Source: Escherichia phage PP01. From it: a stretch of DNA of 64,000 bases. The position numbers and the translations under genes were made by a program. How positions within the stretch are numbered: the stretch's first letter is position 1; the number at the start of each line of letters is the position of its first letter. Positions 1-9,628 of the stretch are shown in pieces. The DNA lies in the sequence record NC_054930.1. One strand, given 5' to 3'. The notes beneath the pieces were generated by a model, which ran no database searches, was not told the DNA's origin, and worked only from the letters and a program-made list of their open reading frames with translations.

Positions 1-939
1 GCCGAAGTTAAGAAACAAATGGAAGCTGGTGTACTGGTAGAAATCGCTGAAGGTATGGCTACTTCTATCGCTGAACTTCAGGAAGGTTTCAACGGTTCTA
101 CCGATAACCCATGGAATGAAATGGGCTTCCGTATCGATAAACAAGTTATCGAAGCTAAATCTCGTCAGCTGAAAGCTGCTTACTCTATCGAATTAGCACA
201 AGACCTCCGCGCTGTTCACGGTATGGATGCTGATGCTGAACTGTCTGGTATTCTGGCTACAGAAATTATGCTGGAAATTAACCGTGAAGTTGTTGATTGG
301 ATTAACTACTCAGCTCAGGTTGGTAAATCTGGTATGACCCTGACTCCGGGTTCTAAAGCTGGTGTATTTGACTTCCAGGACCCAATCGATATTCGTGGTG
401 CTCGCTGGGCAGGTGAATCCTTTAAAGCTCTGTTGTTCCAGATTGACAAAGAAGCAGTTGAAATTGCTCGTCAGACTGGTCGCGGCGAAGGTAATTTCAT
501 TATCGCTTCCCGTAACGTAGTTAACGTTCTGGCTTCAGTTGATACTGGCATTTCTTATGCTGCACAGGGTCTGGCTACCGGCTTCAACACTGATACTACC
601 AAGTCAGTATTTGCTGGTGTTCTGGGTGGTAAATACCGCGTATATATCGACCAATATGCTAAACAGGATTATTTCACTGTAGGTTATAAAGGTCCGAACG
701 AAATGGATGCTGGTATTTACTATGCTCCATATGTAGCTCTGACTCCACTGCGTGGTTCTGATCCGAAGAACTTCCAACCGGTAATGGGATTCAAAACTCG
801 TTACGGTATCGGTATCAACCCATTTGCAGAATCCGCTGCTCAGGCTCCGGCTTCTCGCATCCAGAGCGGTATGCCTTCTATTCTGAATAGCCTTGGTAAA
901 AACGCTTACTTTAGACGTGTATATGTTAAAGGTATCTAA
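1..939 (+). CDS. 23: Major capsid protein gp23, C-terminal 312 codons (5' end lies outside window)
   Basis: Reading frame open from position 1; stop TAA at 937-939; position immediately upstream of gene 24; followed by terminator hairpin. Confidence 0.85.
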   Translation, partial: AEVKKQMEAGVLVEIAEGMATSIAELQEGFNGSTDNPWNEMGFRIDKQVIEAKSRQLKAAYSIELAQDLRAVHGMDADAELSGILATEIMLEINREVVDWINYSAQVGKSGMTLTPGSKAGVFDFQDPIDIRGARWAGESFKALLFQIDKEAVEIARQTGRGEGNFIIASRNVVNVLASVDTGISYAAQGLATGFNTDTTKSVFAGVLGGKYRVYIDQYAKQDYFTVGYKGPNEMDAGIYYAPYVALTPLRGSDPKNFQPVMGFKTRYGIGINPFAESAAQAPASRIQSGMPSILNSLGKNAYFRRVYVKGI

Positions 940-965
940 TCTCTAACGATAGAAACACAATTTTA

Positions 966-989
966 GGGAACCTTCGGGTTCCCTTTTTC
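966..989 (+). terminator. Intrinsic terminator after gene 23
   Basis: GGGAACC-TTCG-GGTTCCC hairpin followed by TTTTT. Confidence 0.6.
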
Positions 990-1689
990 TATTTTATACG
1001 ATAGCAATCAGGCATATCATCCGCATTTATCCAATTGCGAATAGTTTTAGGACTAACTTTAAAATGCTCCGCTGCGTAATCAGGATTATCAAATTTAACG
1101 CCCTTTATACATATTGGAATAAATTTTTTAATACCACCAAGTTTTTCAGAAATAGCTTTACGGTGTGAAATCGATATAGGTTTATTTTTTCGTGGATGAA
1201 CATGTGTTTTATAATATTCATTGCGCCCTTTAACTCGCTTCGCAATAGTTTCATCAGATTGCTTAACGCCTGTTTTTGCCTTTGATATTTTTCGTTTAGC
1301 TTCCACAGTCATTCCTTCTTTTGTTCGTATTGATAACATATTACGATATGAAGGATCTTGCAAATGAACTATAACTGGATTTCCTCTGCCACCAATAGCA
1401 GCATTATAGGTATCAGTTCTCATAACGAATTCCTCATTGACTAGTAAAGCTTCCATTTTATACATCTCCTCAGATGAGGAGAAAGAATAAAGAATTTCTT
1501 TTTAAAGTTATGAATACCATATTTTTTGATGGATTTTTTGATGTTTACGCCAGAACCCATATAACCATCGTTTTCGTCAAGAGTAGCATGAGCTCCGATG
1601 TAAATTTTTCCATTGATGATATTAGTAATTTGATATATTAAATATTTCATTTTAAACATCGCTCCGTTTGTATATGAATATAATATCAT
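989..1689 (-). pseudogene. GIY-YIG homing endonuclease (Seg family), split by a frameshift; N-terminal catalytic ORF 1441..1689, C-terminal DNA-binding ORF 989..1465
   Basis: N-terminal ORF carries [14 protein letters not shown]...DDGYMGSG...GIHNF (GIY-YIG); downstream ORF in another frame carries ...LVNEEF... and an I-TevI-like C-terminal HTH (AAEHFKVSPKTIRNWI); frames join by a -1 shift at T-AAA-AAG near 1498-1504. Confidence 0.6.
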
Positions 1690-1714
1690 ATTACTTTGGT
1701 CTTGTAAATAACTT

Positions 1715-1722
1715 TATAAATA
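1715..1722 (+). promoter_or_regulatory. T4-type late promoter (TATAAATA) for gene 24
   Basis: Exact TATAAATA 28 nt upstream of the gene 24 ATG. Confidence 0.6.
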
Positions 1723-1749
1723 GTATTATATTTCAACAAGGAAAATACA

Positions 1750-3033
1750 ATGGCTAAAATCAACGAACTTCTGCGCGAATCAACCACAACGAATAGCAAC
1801 TCAATCGGTCGCCCAAATCTCGTTGCTTTGACTCGCGCTACCACTAAATTAATATATTCTGACATTGTAGCAACGCAAAGAACTAATCAACCTGTTGCTG
1901 CTTTTTATGGTATCAAATACCTTAACCCAGACAACGAATTTACATTTAAAACTGGTGCTACTTACGCTGGCGAAGCCGGATATGTAGACCGAGAACAAAT
2001 CACAGAATTAACAGAAGAGTCTAAATTAACTCTCAATAAAGGCGATTTATTCAAATATAATAATATCGTTTATAAAGTATTAGAAGATACTCCATTTGCT
2101 GATATTGAAGAAAGCGACTTAGAGTTAGCTCTTCAGATTGCAATTGTTCTTTTAAAGGTTCGTCTATTTTCTGACGCAGCGTCAACAAGCAAATTTGAAA
2201 GCTCTGATAGTGAAATTGCGGATGCTAGATTCCAGATTAATAAATGGCAAACCGCGGTTAAATCTCGTAAACTTAAAACTGGCATCACAGTTGAATTAGC
2301 GCAAGATTTAGAAGCAAATGGATTCGATGCTCCTAATTTCTTGGAAGATTTGCTTGCAACTGAAATGGCAGATGAAATCAATAAAGATATTCTGCAGTCT
2401 TTGATTACAGTGTCAAAACGCTATAAAGTTACAGGAATTACTGATAGTGGATTCATCGATTTGAGTTATGCATCTGCACCTGAAGCGGGTCGTTCATTAT
2501 ATCGAATGGTATGTGAAATGGTTTCGCATATCCAAAAAGAATCAACTTATACAGCAACGTTCTGTGTTGCTTCAGCTCGTGCCGCTGCGATTCTTGCTGC
2601 ATCAGGTTGGTTAAAACATAAACCAGAAGATGATAAATATCTTTCACAAAATGCCTACGGGTTCTTAGCTAATGGTTTACCGCTTTATTGCGATACTAAC
2701 AGTCCATTAGATTATGTAATCGTTGGCGTAGTAGAAAATATCGGCGAAAAAGAAATTGTTGGATCAATTTTCTATGCTCCGTATACAGAAGGTCTCGACT
2801 TAGATGACCCTGAACATGTAGGTGCATTTAAAGTTGTTGTTGATCCAGAAAGCTTACAACCGTCTATCGGTTTATTAGTTAGATATGCTTTATCAGCAAA
2901 TCCTTATACCGTAGCAAAAGATGAAAAAGAAGCAAGAATAATTGATGGTGGAGACATGGATAAAATGGCGGGTCGTTCAGATTTGTCTGTTTTATTAGGT
3001 GTTAAATTACCAAAAATTATTATTGATGAATAA
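1750..3033 (+). CDS. 24: Capsid vertex protein gp24
   Basis: 427 aa as in T4 gp24; synteny after gene 23; late promoter upstream. Confidence 0.9.
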   Translation: MAKINELLRESTTTNSNSIGRPNLVALTRATTKLIYSDIVATQRTNQPVAAFYGIKYLNPDNEFTFKTGATYAGEAGYVDREQITELTEESKLTLNKGDLFKYNNIVYKVLEDTPFADIEESDLELALQIAIVLLKVRLFSDAASTSKFESSDSEIADARFQINKWQTAVKSRKLKTGITVELAQDLEANGFDAPNFLEDLLATEMADEINKDILQSLITVSKRYKVTGITDSGFIDLSYASAPEAGRSLYRMVCEMVSHIQKESTYTATFCVASARAAAILAASGWLKHKPEDDKYLSQNAYGFLANGLPLYCDTNSPLDYVIVGVVENIGEKEIVGSIFYAPYTEGLDLDDPEHVGAFKVVVDPESLQPSIGLLVRYALSANPYTVAKDEKEARIIDGGDMDKMAGRSDLSVLLGVKLPKIIIDE

Positions 3034-3039
3034 AACAAA

Positions 3040-3064
3040 GGGACCGAAAGGTCCCTTTTTATTT
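3040..3064. terminator. Bidirectional terminator between gene 24 and rnlB
   Basis: GGGACC-GAAA-GGTCCC hairpin flanked by T-runs on both strands. Confidence 0.55.
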
Positions 3065-4070
3065 AGCTCACCAACTCAATCCAAGCTGGACGAAGTACAT
3101 CTTGTACCATTTTAACTAATTCCTTTTTAATCAAAGAAGGATTATCTGCTTGAGTTAGAGTAATACCTTCACGAGAAGTTTCTTCCAAAATATCTTGAAC
3201 AGTTAGCCCCATCACCTTTCCAAAATCCTTTGGACCAATTTCGCCAATTTTAGAAATAACGTTATTTACGCGGTTTAGTGTAACGTAACAAGCTAAAATT
3301 CCAACCAATTTGTTATCAGCTTCTGATAGTTCAACTTTAGCTTTAATAGGCTTATCAGACTTTTTCTTTTCACTAAATTTAGAGTTCTTGCATTTAATCG
3401 CTACACGAGCACCGTTTGGCAGCCATTTAGGGAAACAAGGCTTCAGAACATAACCTTCTGCAGTATTATCACCAATAACATTAGCATCAAATACACAATT
3501 ATTTGCTTCGACAAGGTCTTCCGATGCCGTAACGTTATAAGCGGCTAAGACGGAATCAAGGTCGTTTGGAATCATGATAAGAGCATCAAATGTTCCACGT
3601 CCAAGCATTGGTGCCATTTTAAAACCAAACGTATTACAGAAATCTTGCATTTCGTAATCACTCATGTAATAAGTATCACCGCTTTCCGTGTTTATGATGA
3701 TATCGAATACATAGAAATCTTTTTCACCGTAGTCAACACCTTTCTGAATTCCACCACCAGCGAATTCACCAAAGACTTGATATGTCACCGGCACTGAAGT
3801 TGAAATACTGTCCATGACTTCTTGAACGCCTTTAATAGCTTTATCATACTTTTTGAGTACTATTTCATAGCCATAAAAATCTTCTGCTGGAAGAATAGGG
3901 CCAGTACGTTTAGCGCAAGTTACTTTATCACGCTCAATAATCAATGAGAAATTTGTACCATGAATCTTTTCACGAGCTACCCACTCCCCACCAGTCAATC
4001 CCAAGCTATAAAGTTTTTCAATAAATTTAGAGTTGTAATGATTTTCAAGACTGCTATACTTTTTAAACAT
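3063..4070 (-). CDS. rnlB: RNA ligase 2
   Basis: 335 aa; nucleotidyltransferase lysine motif EKIHGTN; T4 position after gene 24. Confidence 0.85.
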   Translation of the reverse strand: MFKKYSSLENHYNSKFIEKLYSLGLTGGEWVAREKIHGTNFSLIIERDKVTCAKRTGPILPAEDFYGYEIVLKKYDKAIKGVQEVMDSISTSVPVTYQVFGEFAGGGIQKGVDYGEKDFYVFDIIINTESGDTYYMSDYEMQDFCNTFGFKMAPMLGRGTFDALIMIPNDLDSVLAAYNVTASEDLVEANNCVFDANVIGDNTAEGYVLKPCFPKWLPNGARVAIKCKNSKFSEKKKSDKPIKAKVELSEADNKLVGILACYVTLNRVNNVISKIGEIGPKDFGKVMGLTVQDILEETSREGITLTQADNPSLIKKELVKMVQDVLRPAWIELVS

Positions 4071-4079
4071 AATTAATCC

Positions 4080-4358
4080 TCAAAATGTAATTTCTAACCA
4101 ATCACCATCACGCTGATCACTATTGACTTTAAAGCTGAATCCTTCTTTTCTCAGCCAATCACCAATTTCTTCAGTAATCAATTTATCACGAGCAATACAA
4201 TAATAATTAAAATGTGTTTTACCTTGTTCAGCTGCTTTATTAGCAAGTTCCGAAAAATCTTTAATAAAACATTCTAGCTTAAACTGTTTACTTTTGAATG
4301 CTTTTTCGCGTAATTGATTAGCAAAAGATTCATTTTCATAAAGATCATACTGTTCCAT
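4080..4358 (-). CDS. Hypothetical protein (T4 24.2-like position)
   Basis: 92-aa ORF with ATG start, tightly packed after the upstream ORF. Confidence 0.5.
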   Translation of the reverse strand: MEQYDLYENESFANQLREKAFKSKQFKLECFIKDFSELANKAAEQGKTHFNYYCIARDKLITEEIGDWLRKEGFSFKVNSDQRDGDWLEITF

Positions 4359-4560
4359 TTTTCACCTTTTTATTGATATGTCTTTTTCTATAGACAACTT
4401 TTTCTCGAGTTTCAAATTTATTCTTAGCAGTCATAGCTCGAGCCCATAATACAGCCACTTCTTTTGCCTGTAAGTTCAATTCACGAGCAATTTCAATGAA
4501 TGACTTTCCAGACTCATGGAGTGTAAACACCACAACCTCAGTTCTCATAATCAATCTCAT
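4345..4560 (-). CDS. Hypothetical small protein with possible helix-turn-helix (T4 24.3-like position)
   Basis: 71-aa ORF; segment GKSFIEIARELNLQAKEV resembles an HTH; start uncertain (ATG at 4560 or 4548). Confidence 0.45.
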   Translation of the reverse strand: MRLIMRTEVVVFTLHESGKSFIEIARELNLQAKEVAVLWARAMTAKNKFETREKVVYRKRHINKKVKNGTV

Positions 4561-4610
4561 GTTATCGAGTTGATGCCATTATATACACCGTTTTCTGATT
4601 GTGTTTTATG

Positions 4611-4643
4611 TGCTTTCAAAATGAAGAAAGGGGCCGAAGCCCC
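4611..4643 (-). terminator. Terminator downstream of hoc
   Basis: GGGGC-TTCG-GCCCC hairpin on minus strand followed by U-rich run. Confidence 0.55.
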
Positions 4644-4648
4644 TGAGA

Positions 4649-6067
4649 TTATGGATAGGTATAGATGATACCAGTTTCTAAAGCAGTTTTATGAATGATG
4701 TATCCATTGCGCGATTCTTGAACATCAACTTCTGGATAGTCTTTCATCATCTTCTGAAGAGTGTAACGATGCAAGTAGTATTTACTATCTGGATCTTCAG
4801 TTTTCCAATCTTTACCTTCTTCAGTCATTTTTTGGATTTCATCCATAACCCACCAACCGCACCAGATATAAGCTGAGCTACGATGTGGAAGAGGATGAAC
4901 ATAAGGTAATTCACCTTCTGGTTCCGGAGCAACTTTATCAGTCACTTGAACTTGACCTGTGGCTTTAACTGTTTTACTATCATAGTCAGTTGCTGTAACG
5001 ACAGCAGTAACTTCAATAGTTTGACTTCCAATAGATGATGTATCAACGGTGTATACATTAGTTGACCCTTCTACAGGAGAAGAATCTTTCTTCCATGAAT
5101 ACGTAATTTGTGCTTCTTCCGGAGCATCCGTAACGTTAGCAGTAAATGTAGCCGAAGCATCTTGCTGAACATTAATAGAAGGAGGAGTCAATGTAACCTG
5201 TGGATTCATTGTCTTCTTATTAACTGTCAATGATACTTCATTGGAAGTAACTTCCTTTTCATTATAATTTTCTGCAGTTACTTGGGCTACGCATTTAATT
5301 CTTTTTACTCCACTTGTAGTTGGAGTATAGTTAAATGTAGAGTTAGTTTCTCCACCAACTTGTGAATCATCTACATACCACTGATACGTGGCAGACGCTC
5401 CATCGGGTTGAGAAGCTAAGGCAGCAGTAAATTGAACCGGAGTTCCAATTACTCCAGCAGCAGGACTAGCAGGAGTTACTGCCAAGGTAGTTGTCTGCGT
5501 CTTTTTATTAACCGTCAATGATACTTCATTAGAAGTAACGCTCAATGCATCATAATCTGTCGCAGTTACTTGAGCTACACACTTGATTTTTTTAACTCCG
5601 CTTGTGGAAGGAGTGTAATTGAATGTAGCGTCAGTTGCTTCGTCTACAGGAGAACCGTCAACATACCATTGATACGTAGCAGATGCGCCCGATGGCTGTG
5701 AAGCTAAGGCAGCAGTAAATTCAACGGCTGTTCCGATTACTCCTTCTGGAGGACTATTAGGAGTTACAGCTAAGGTAGTTGTCTGTGTCTTATTTTGAAC
5801 TGTGATAGTTGTACTAATTTCAGCTGTTTCAGCTTCAGCTTCTGGAACTGTATTTGTTGCAACCACTTTAATAGTCTTTTGACCAGCAGGTCCTTTTAAT
5901 ACATAATTAAAGGTTGCTTCAGCTCCATCCTGTGGAACATTATCTACGCTCCAAGCATAGGTAATAGTTCCACCTCCAGTTTCACCACTGGGTGTAGCAG
6001 TAAACTGCTTGGTTTCATCAATAACCCCTGTTGGTGTTTTAGGAGTTATATCAACTGTAAAAGCCAT
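4649..6067 (-). CDS. hoc: Head outer capsid protein Hoc with four Ig-like domains
   Basis: 472 aa; repeated ~96-aa Ig-like units; T4 position between rnlB cluster and inh; longer than T4 Hoc as I recall it (376 aa). Confidence 0.85.
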   Translation of the reverse strand: MAFTVDITPKTPTGVIDETKQFTATPSGETGGGTITYAWSVDNVPQDGAEATFNYVLKGPAGQKTIKVVATNTVPEAEAETAEISTTITVQNKTQTTTLAVTPNSPPEGVIGTAVEFTAALASQPSGASATYQWYVDGSPVDEATDATFNYTPSTSGVKKIKCVAQVTATDYDALSVTSNEVSLTVNKKTQTTTLAVTPASPAAGVIGTPVQFTAALASQPDGASATYQWYVDDSQVGGETNSTFNYTPTTSGVKRIKCVAQVTAENYNEKEVTSNEVSLTVNKKTMNPQVTLTPPSINVQQDASATFTANVTDAPEEAQITYSWKKDSSPVEGSTNVYTVDTSSIGSQTIEVTAVVTATDYDSKTVKATGQVQVTDKVAPEPEGELPYVHPLPHRSSAYIWCGWWVMDEIQKMTEEGKDWKTEDPDSKYYLHRYTLQKMMKDYPEVDVQESRNGYIIHKTALETGIIYTYP

Positions 6068-6076
6068 AAGTTATCC

Positions 6077-6757
6077 TTATTTTAATGTTACGAAAGAAGA
6101 ATTGCGTGTTTCACGAATTAGAACTGATCCGTCACGATTAATGTAGTAAATTAAGCTAAACAAAGTTTGATGCGCAGATGCATGTTCAAAACTAGTTGGG
6201 TGAGATTTCCAATTCGGAGTTTCAGCAATCCACTGGTAAATCCACCAAGGAACAGTGCAGAATCCTGGATTTTTTCCAATCAACTGAAGATTCGGACTAA
6301 AGTTTTCCGGAAGAGTGAATACAGACGGCTTTTCAGATTCAATAATCTCAGCTACAGCCTGTTCGAATTTTTCTTCAACAAAAGGAGTATCTTCAATCAA
6401 AACATCGGTATTTTCGGGAATTTTATCCGTTTCTACTACTTCAATTTTAATGTCAGATTTAACCGGAGAATCAATCAGAAGTGCTGCTTCTGGATTGACC
6501 TCTTCATCGTCATATTTTAACCCCTCTGCAGCATCAGCAGCATCGATTAAGTCTTTAATAGATAACCCATCAGTCTCTGGCATAGGTTCATTAGCGAGCT
6601 TCTGGAGGGCTTCTTCAATATCAATAACGATATTATCAAAAGATTTATTCTTTTTGACCTTTATACCAAACTGTTCAGCATATTCAGCTAATTTAGCCTT
6701 AGCTTCTTTATTATCATCAAGAGCCTTCAGCTCTGCAATATAATCTTTATCTATCAT
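6077..6757 (-). CDS. inh: Inhibitor of prohead protease
   Basis: 226 aa, same length as T4 Inh; synteny between hoc and uvsW. Confidence 0.7.
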   Translation of the reverse strand: MIDKDYIAELKALDDNKEAKAKLAEYAEQFGIKVKKNKSFDNIVIDIEEALQKLANEPMPETDGLSIKDLIDAADAAEGLKYDDEEVNPEAALLIDSPVKSDIKIEVVETDKIPENTDVLIEDTPFVEEKFEQAVAEIIESEKPSVFTLPENFSPNLQLIGKNPGFCTVPWWIYQWIAETPNWKSHPTSFEHASAHQTLFSLIYYINRDGSVLIRETRNSSFVTLK

Positions 6758-6770
6758 AATATTTCCTCAG

Positions 6771-6778
6771 TATAAATA
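6771..6778 (+). promoter_or_regulatory. Late promoter (TATAAATA) for uvsW
   Basis: Exact TATAAATA about 30 nt upstream of the uvsW ATG. Confidence 0.6.
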
Positions 6779-6807
6779 TAGATATATTTATTACATGGTA
6801 TTTAGAC

Positions 6808-8319
6808 ATGACTGACATTAAAGTACATTTTTACGATTTTAGTCACGTGAGAATTGATTGTGAAGAAAGTACATTTCATGAACTCCGTGATTTCTTTAGC
6901 TTTGAAGCTGATGGGTATCGTTTTAATCCGAAATACAAATATGGTCACTGGGATGGACGAATCCGTCTTTTAGATTATAATCGCCTTCTTCCATTCGGTT
7001 TAGTTGGGCAAATTAAAAAGTTCTGTGATAACTTTGGCTATAAAGCCTGGATTGACCCGCAAATTAATGAAAAAGAAGAATTATCAAGAAAAGATTTTGA
7101 TGAATGGATTTCTAAATTAGAAATCTATTCAGGAAATAAAAGAATTGAACCACACTGGTATCAAAAAGATGCAGTGTTCGAAGGATTAGTTAATCGTCGT
7201 AGAATTCTTAATCTTCCAACATCCGCAGGTAAATCTTTAATTCAAGCTTTGCTTGCACGTTATTATTTGGAAAATTATGAAGGTAAAATTCTTATCATTG
7301 TTCCAACAACTGCTTTAACAACTCAGATGGCTGATGACTTTGTTGACTATCGTTTATTCAGTCATGCAATGATAAAGAAAATCGGTGGTGGAGCATCAAA
7401 AGATGATAAATATAAAAATGATGCACCAGTCGTTGTGGGTACATGGCAAACTGTAGTAAAACAACCAAAAGAATGGTTTTCCCAATTTGGTATGATGATG
7501 AATGATGAATGCCATCTTGCTACAGGAAAAAGTATTTCATCTATCATATCGGGTTTAAATAACTGCATGTTCAAATTCGGTTTGTCTGGTTCATTACGTG
7601 ATGGAAAAGCCAATATCATGCAGTATGTTGGAATGTTTGGTGAAATATTTAAGCCAGTAACGACTTCTAAATTAATGGAAGATGGGCAAGTAACTGAGCT
7701 AAAAATTAATAGTATTTTTCTTCGCTATCCTGATGAGTTCACTACTAAATTAAAGGGAAAAACTTACCAAGAAGAAATAAAAATTATTACTGGACTCAGT
7801 AAAAGAAATAAATGGATTGCTAAATTAGCTATTAAACTTGCACAAAAAGATGAAAACGCTTTTGTCATGTTTAAGCATGTATCACATGGTAAAGCTATTT
7901 TCGATTTAATTAAAAATGAATACGATAAAGTTTATTACGTATCAGGGGAAGTTGATACCGAAACACGCAACGTAATGAAAACCTTAGCTGAAAACGGTAA
8001 AGGAATAATTATAGTAGCTAGTTATGGTGTATTTTCTACTGGTATTTCAGTTAAAAATCTGCATCACGTTATTTTAGCGCACGGTGTTAAATCTAAAATT
8101 ATTGTATTGCAAACAATAGGTCGCGTATTACGTAAGCATGGTTCTAAAACAATCGCAACGGTCTGGGACCTCATAGATGATTGTGGTGTTAAGCCAAAAT
8201 CTGCTAATACGAAAAAGAAATATGTTCATTTGAACTATCTTTTAAAACACGGCATTGATCGTATTCAGCGCTACGCAGATGAAAAATTTAATTACGTAAT
8301 GAAAACAGTTAATTTATAA
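6808..8319 (+). CDS. uvsW: UvsW recombination/repair helicase (SF2)
   Basis: 503 aa; helicase motifs LNLPTSAGKS (Walker A) and DECH (Walker B). Confidence 0.9.
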   Translation: MTDIKVHFYDFSHVRIDCEESTFHELRDFFSFEADGYRFNPKYKYGHWDGRIRLLDYNRLLPFGLVGQIKKFCDNFGYKAWIDPQINEKEELSRKDFDEWISKLEIYSGNKRIEPHWYQKDAVFEGLVNRRRILNLPTSAGKSLIQALLARYYLENYEGKILIIVPTTALTTQMADDFVDYRLFSHAMIKKIGGGASKDDKYKNDAPVVVGTWQTVVKQPKEWFSQFGMMMNDECHLATGKSISSIISGLNNCMFKFGLSGSLRDGKANIMQYVGMFGEIFKPVTTSKLMEDGQVTELKINSIFLRYPDEFTTKLKGKTYQEEIKIITGLSKRNKWIAKLAIKLAQKDENAFVMFKHVSHGKAIFDLIKNEYDKVYYVSGEVDTETRNVMKTLAENGKGIIIVASYGVFSTGISVKNLHHVILAHGVKSKIIVLQTIGRVLRKHGSKTIATVWDLIDDCGVKPKSANTKKKYVHLNYLLKHGIDRIQRYADEKFNYVMKTVNL

Positions 8320-8344
8320 GGGCTTCGGCCCTTTGGAGAAAAAG

Positions 8345-8575
8345 ATGTTACTAGAATTTAAACAATTTCTTTATGAAGCTTCTATTGATGAATTTATGGG
8401 TAAAATTGCCTCTTGTCAAACATTAGAAGGTTTAGAAGAACTTGAAGCTTATTATAAGAAAAGAGTCAAAGAAACTGAATTAAAAGATACTGATGACATC
8501 TCTGTGAGAGATGCTTTGGCAGGAAAAAGAGCTGAATTAGAAGATTCAGATGATGAAGTAGAAGAAAGCTTTTAA
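8345..8575 (+). CDS. uvsW.1: UvsW.1 small acidic protein
   Basis: 76 aa from ATG 8345 preceded by GGAGAAAAAG; the ORF-track start at 8333 is a TTG. Confidence 0.7.
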   Translation: MLLEFKQFLYEASIDEFMGKIASCQTLEGLEELEAYYKKRVKETELKDTDDISVRDALAGKRAELEDSDDEVEESF

Positions 8576-8630
8576 ATTAAAAAAGGCCCAACCAAAAAGG
8601 AAGGGCCAAAACTATAGACTAAAGGTCACA

Positions 8631-8798
8631 CTATAGCAAAAGTTGTGTTTCATTTAATTGTTCTTCCGAACTTTCTGAAACTGGTAGTTCTTTAATGTAA
8701 TTATAGCAAGGCCCAGGATGTACAGGACCTTTGTCTGTTTCAACAACCAATGCAGAATCGATTGGAGTTTTACAGACAACACAAATCTTATCTGACAT
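8631..8798 (-). CDS. Small Cys-containing protein, 55 aa (not in ORF track)
   Basis: ATG at 8798 preceded by GAGGAG; translation MSDKICVVCKTPIDS...HPGPCYNY (CxxC plus H/C). Confidence 0.45.
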   Translation of the reverse strand: MSDKICVVCKTPIDSALVVETDKGPVHPGPCYNYIKELPVSESSEEQLNETQLLL

Positions 8799-8921
8799 GA
8801 TTGTCTCCTCTGAATTATATATCTATTTATAACCCCATCTTAAAACGCATTTCTTGTACACGCTTTAAACATGCTTCCATTTCTGCTAAAAGTCTAAATA
8901 CTTCTTTATAATTTGTCATAT

Positions 8922-9149
8922 TTACCCCATATCTCTCATATGCATATCAATGCCCATATCTTTAGAATAAAAATATTCATCAAGATATCCGGCAAATTTT
9001 CCTTTAATATAAAGGACATCTTCACCACACGGGTGGTCGGCCAGGATACGAATATCCTGACGCTTGAGATTATACTTTTTCATTAAGAATTGAATTTCCG
9101 TTTCAAATTCTTCTTCATAATTAAAAGCATCATCAATGCTATATCTCAT
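8922..9149 (-). CDS. Hypothetical protein (uvsY.-1-like position)
   Basis: 75-aa ORF; its start overlaps the uvsY stop (TAATG). Confidence 0.5.
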   Translation of the reverse strand: MRYSIDDAFNYEEEFETEIQFLMKKYNLKRQDIRILADHPCGEDVLYIKGKFAGYLDEYFYSKDMGIDMHMRDMG

Positions 9150-9562
9150 TATTTTCCAGCCTCAAATGCTCGCATGTCTTGAATATGCTTAATAGCAAAT
9201 CCACGTGATTTAATAGCATCAAGAGCTCCGCTACAGAAATCTAATAAAATCCCCCAATACTGTAACGAGGTATCAACCTTTAAAACATCCTTATCAGCTG
9301 ATAGAACTGTCTTCATTTCTGATTTCTCGTAACGATCCATACTAAATTCATCACCATCTCCTCGTCCCGAGTAGTAGTCTAATTTAGCTTTAAGAGCAAC
9401 TTTTTTCTGTGCTTCAATTCTAAGCATTTCCTTTTTAATACTTGAATGCTTATTAAGCCATTTACTATATAACATCACATTATTAGCTGCTTCATATTGT
9501 AATTTAGTCGAATCTATAAACACATCTTTCTTCAATTCTTCTTGAAGATCTTCTAATTTCAT
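9149..9562 (-). CDS. uvsY: UvsY recombination mediator
   Basis: 137 aa as in T4 UvsY; synteny. Confidence 0.85.
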   Translation of the reverse strand: MKLEDLQEELKKDVFIDSTKLQYEAANNVMLYSKWLNKHSSIKKEMLRIEAQKKVALKAKLDYYSGRGDGDEFSMDRYEKSEMKTVLSADKDVLKVDTSLQYWGILLDFCSGALDAIKSRGFAIKHIQDMRAFEAGK

Positions 9563-9628
9563 ACTGTTCTCTATTCAATTGTTATTGGATGGACTTAGAT
9601 TCATTATACCACGTTTATACGTGAAGCA

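Noticed and set aside
989-1689. Treating the split endonuclease as two independent genes
   Set aside because: The two ORFs correspond to the N- and C-terminal halves of one Seg-type protein and overlap in adjacent frames, so one interrupted gene is more parsimonious.
2133-2381. Antisense ORFs inside large genes (for example 2133..2381 in gene 24, 6167..6743 in inh, 52749..53442 in gene 37, 35763..35975 in nrdA, 41971..42450 in gene 32)
   Set aside because: They lie entirely within and antisense to well-supported genes, lack SD sequences, and have low-complexity or stop-adjacent composition typical of chance ORFs in AT-rich DNA.
4561-4648. Possible sigma70 promoter upstream of the ORF at 4560 (TATATAAT on minus strand)
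   Set aside because: No acceptable -35 or GTTTAC element at 17-bp spacing and no MotA box, so it is not reported as a feature.
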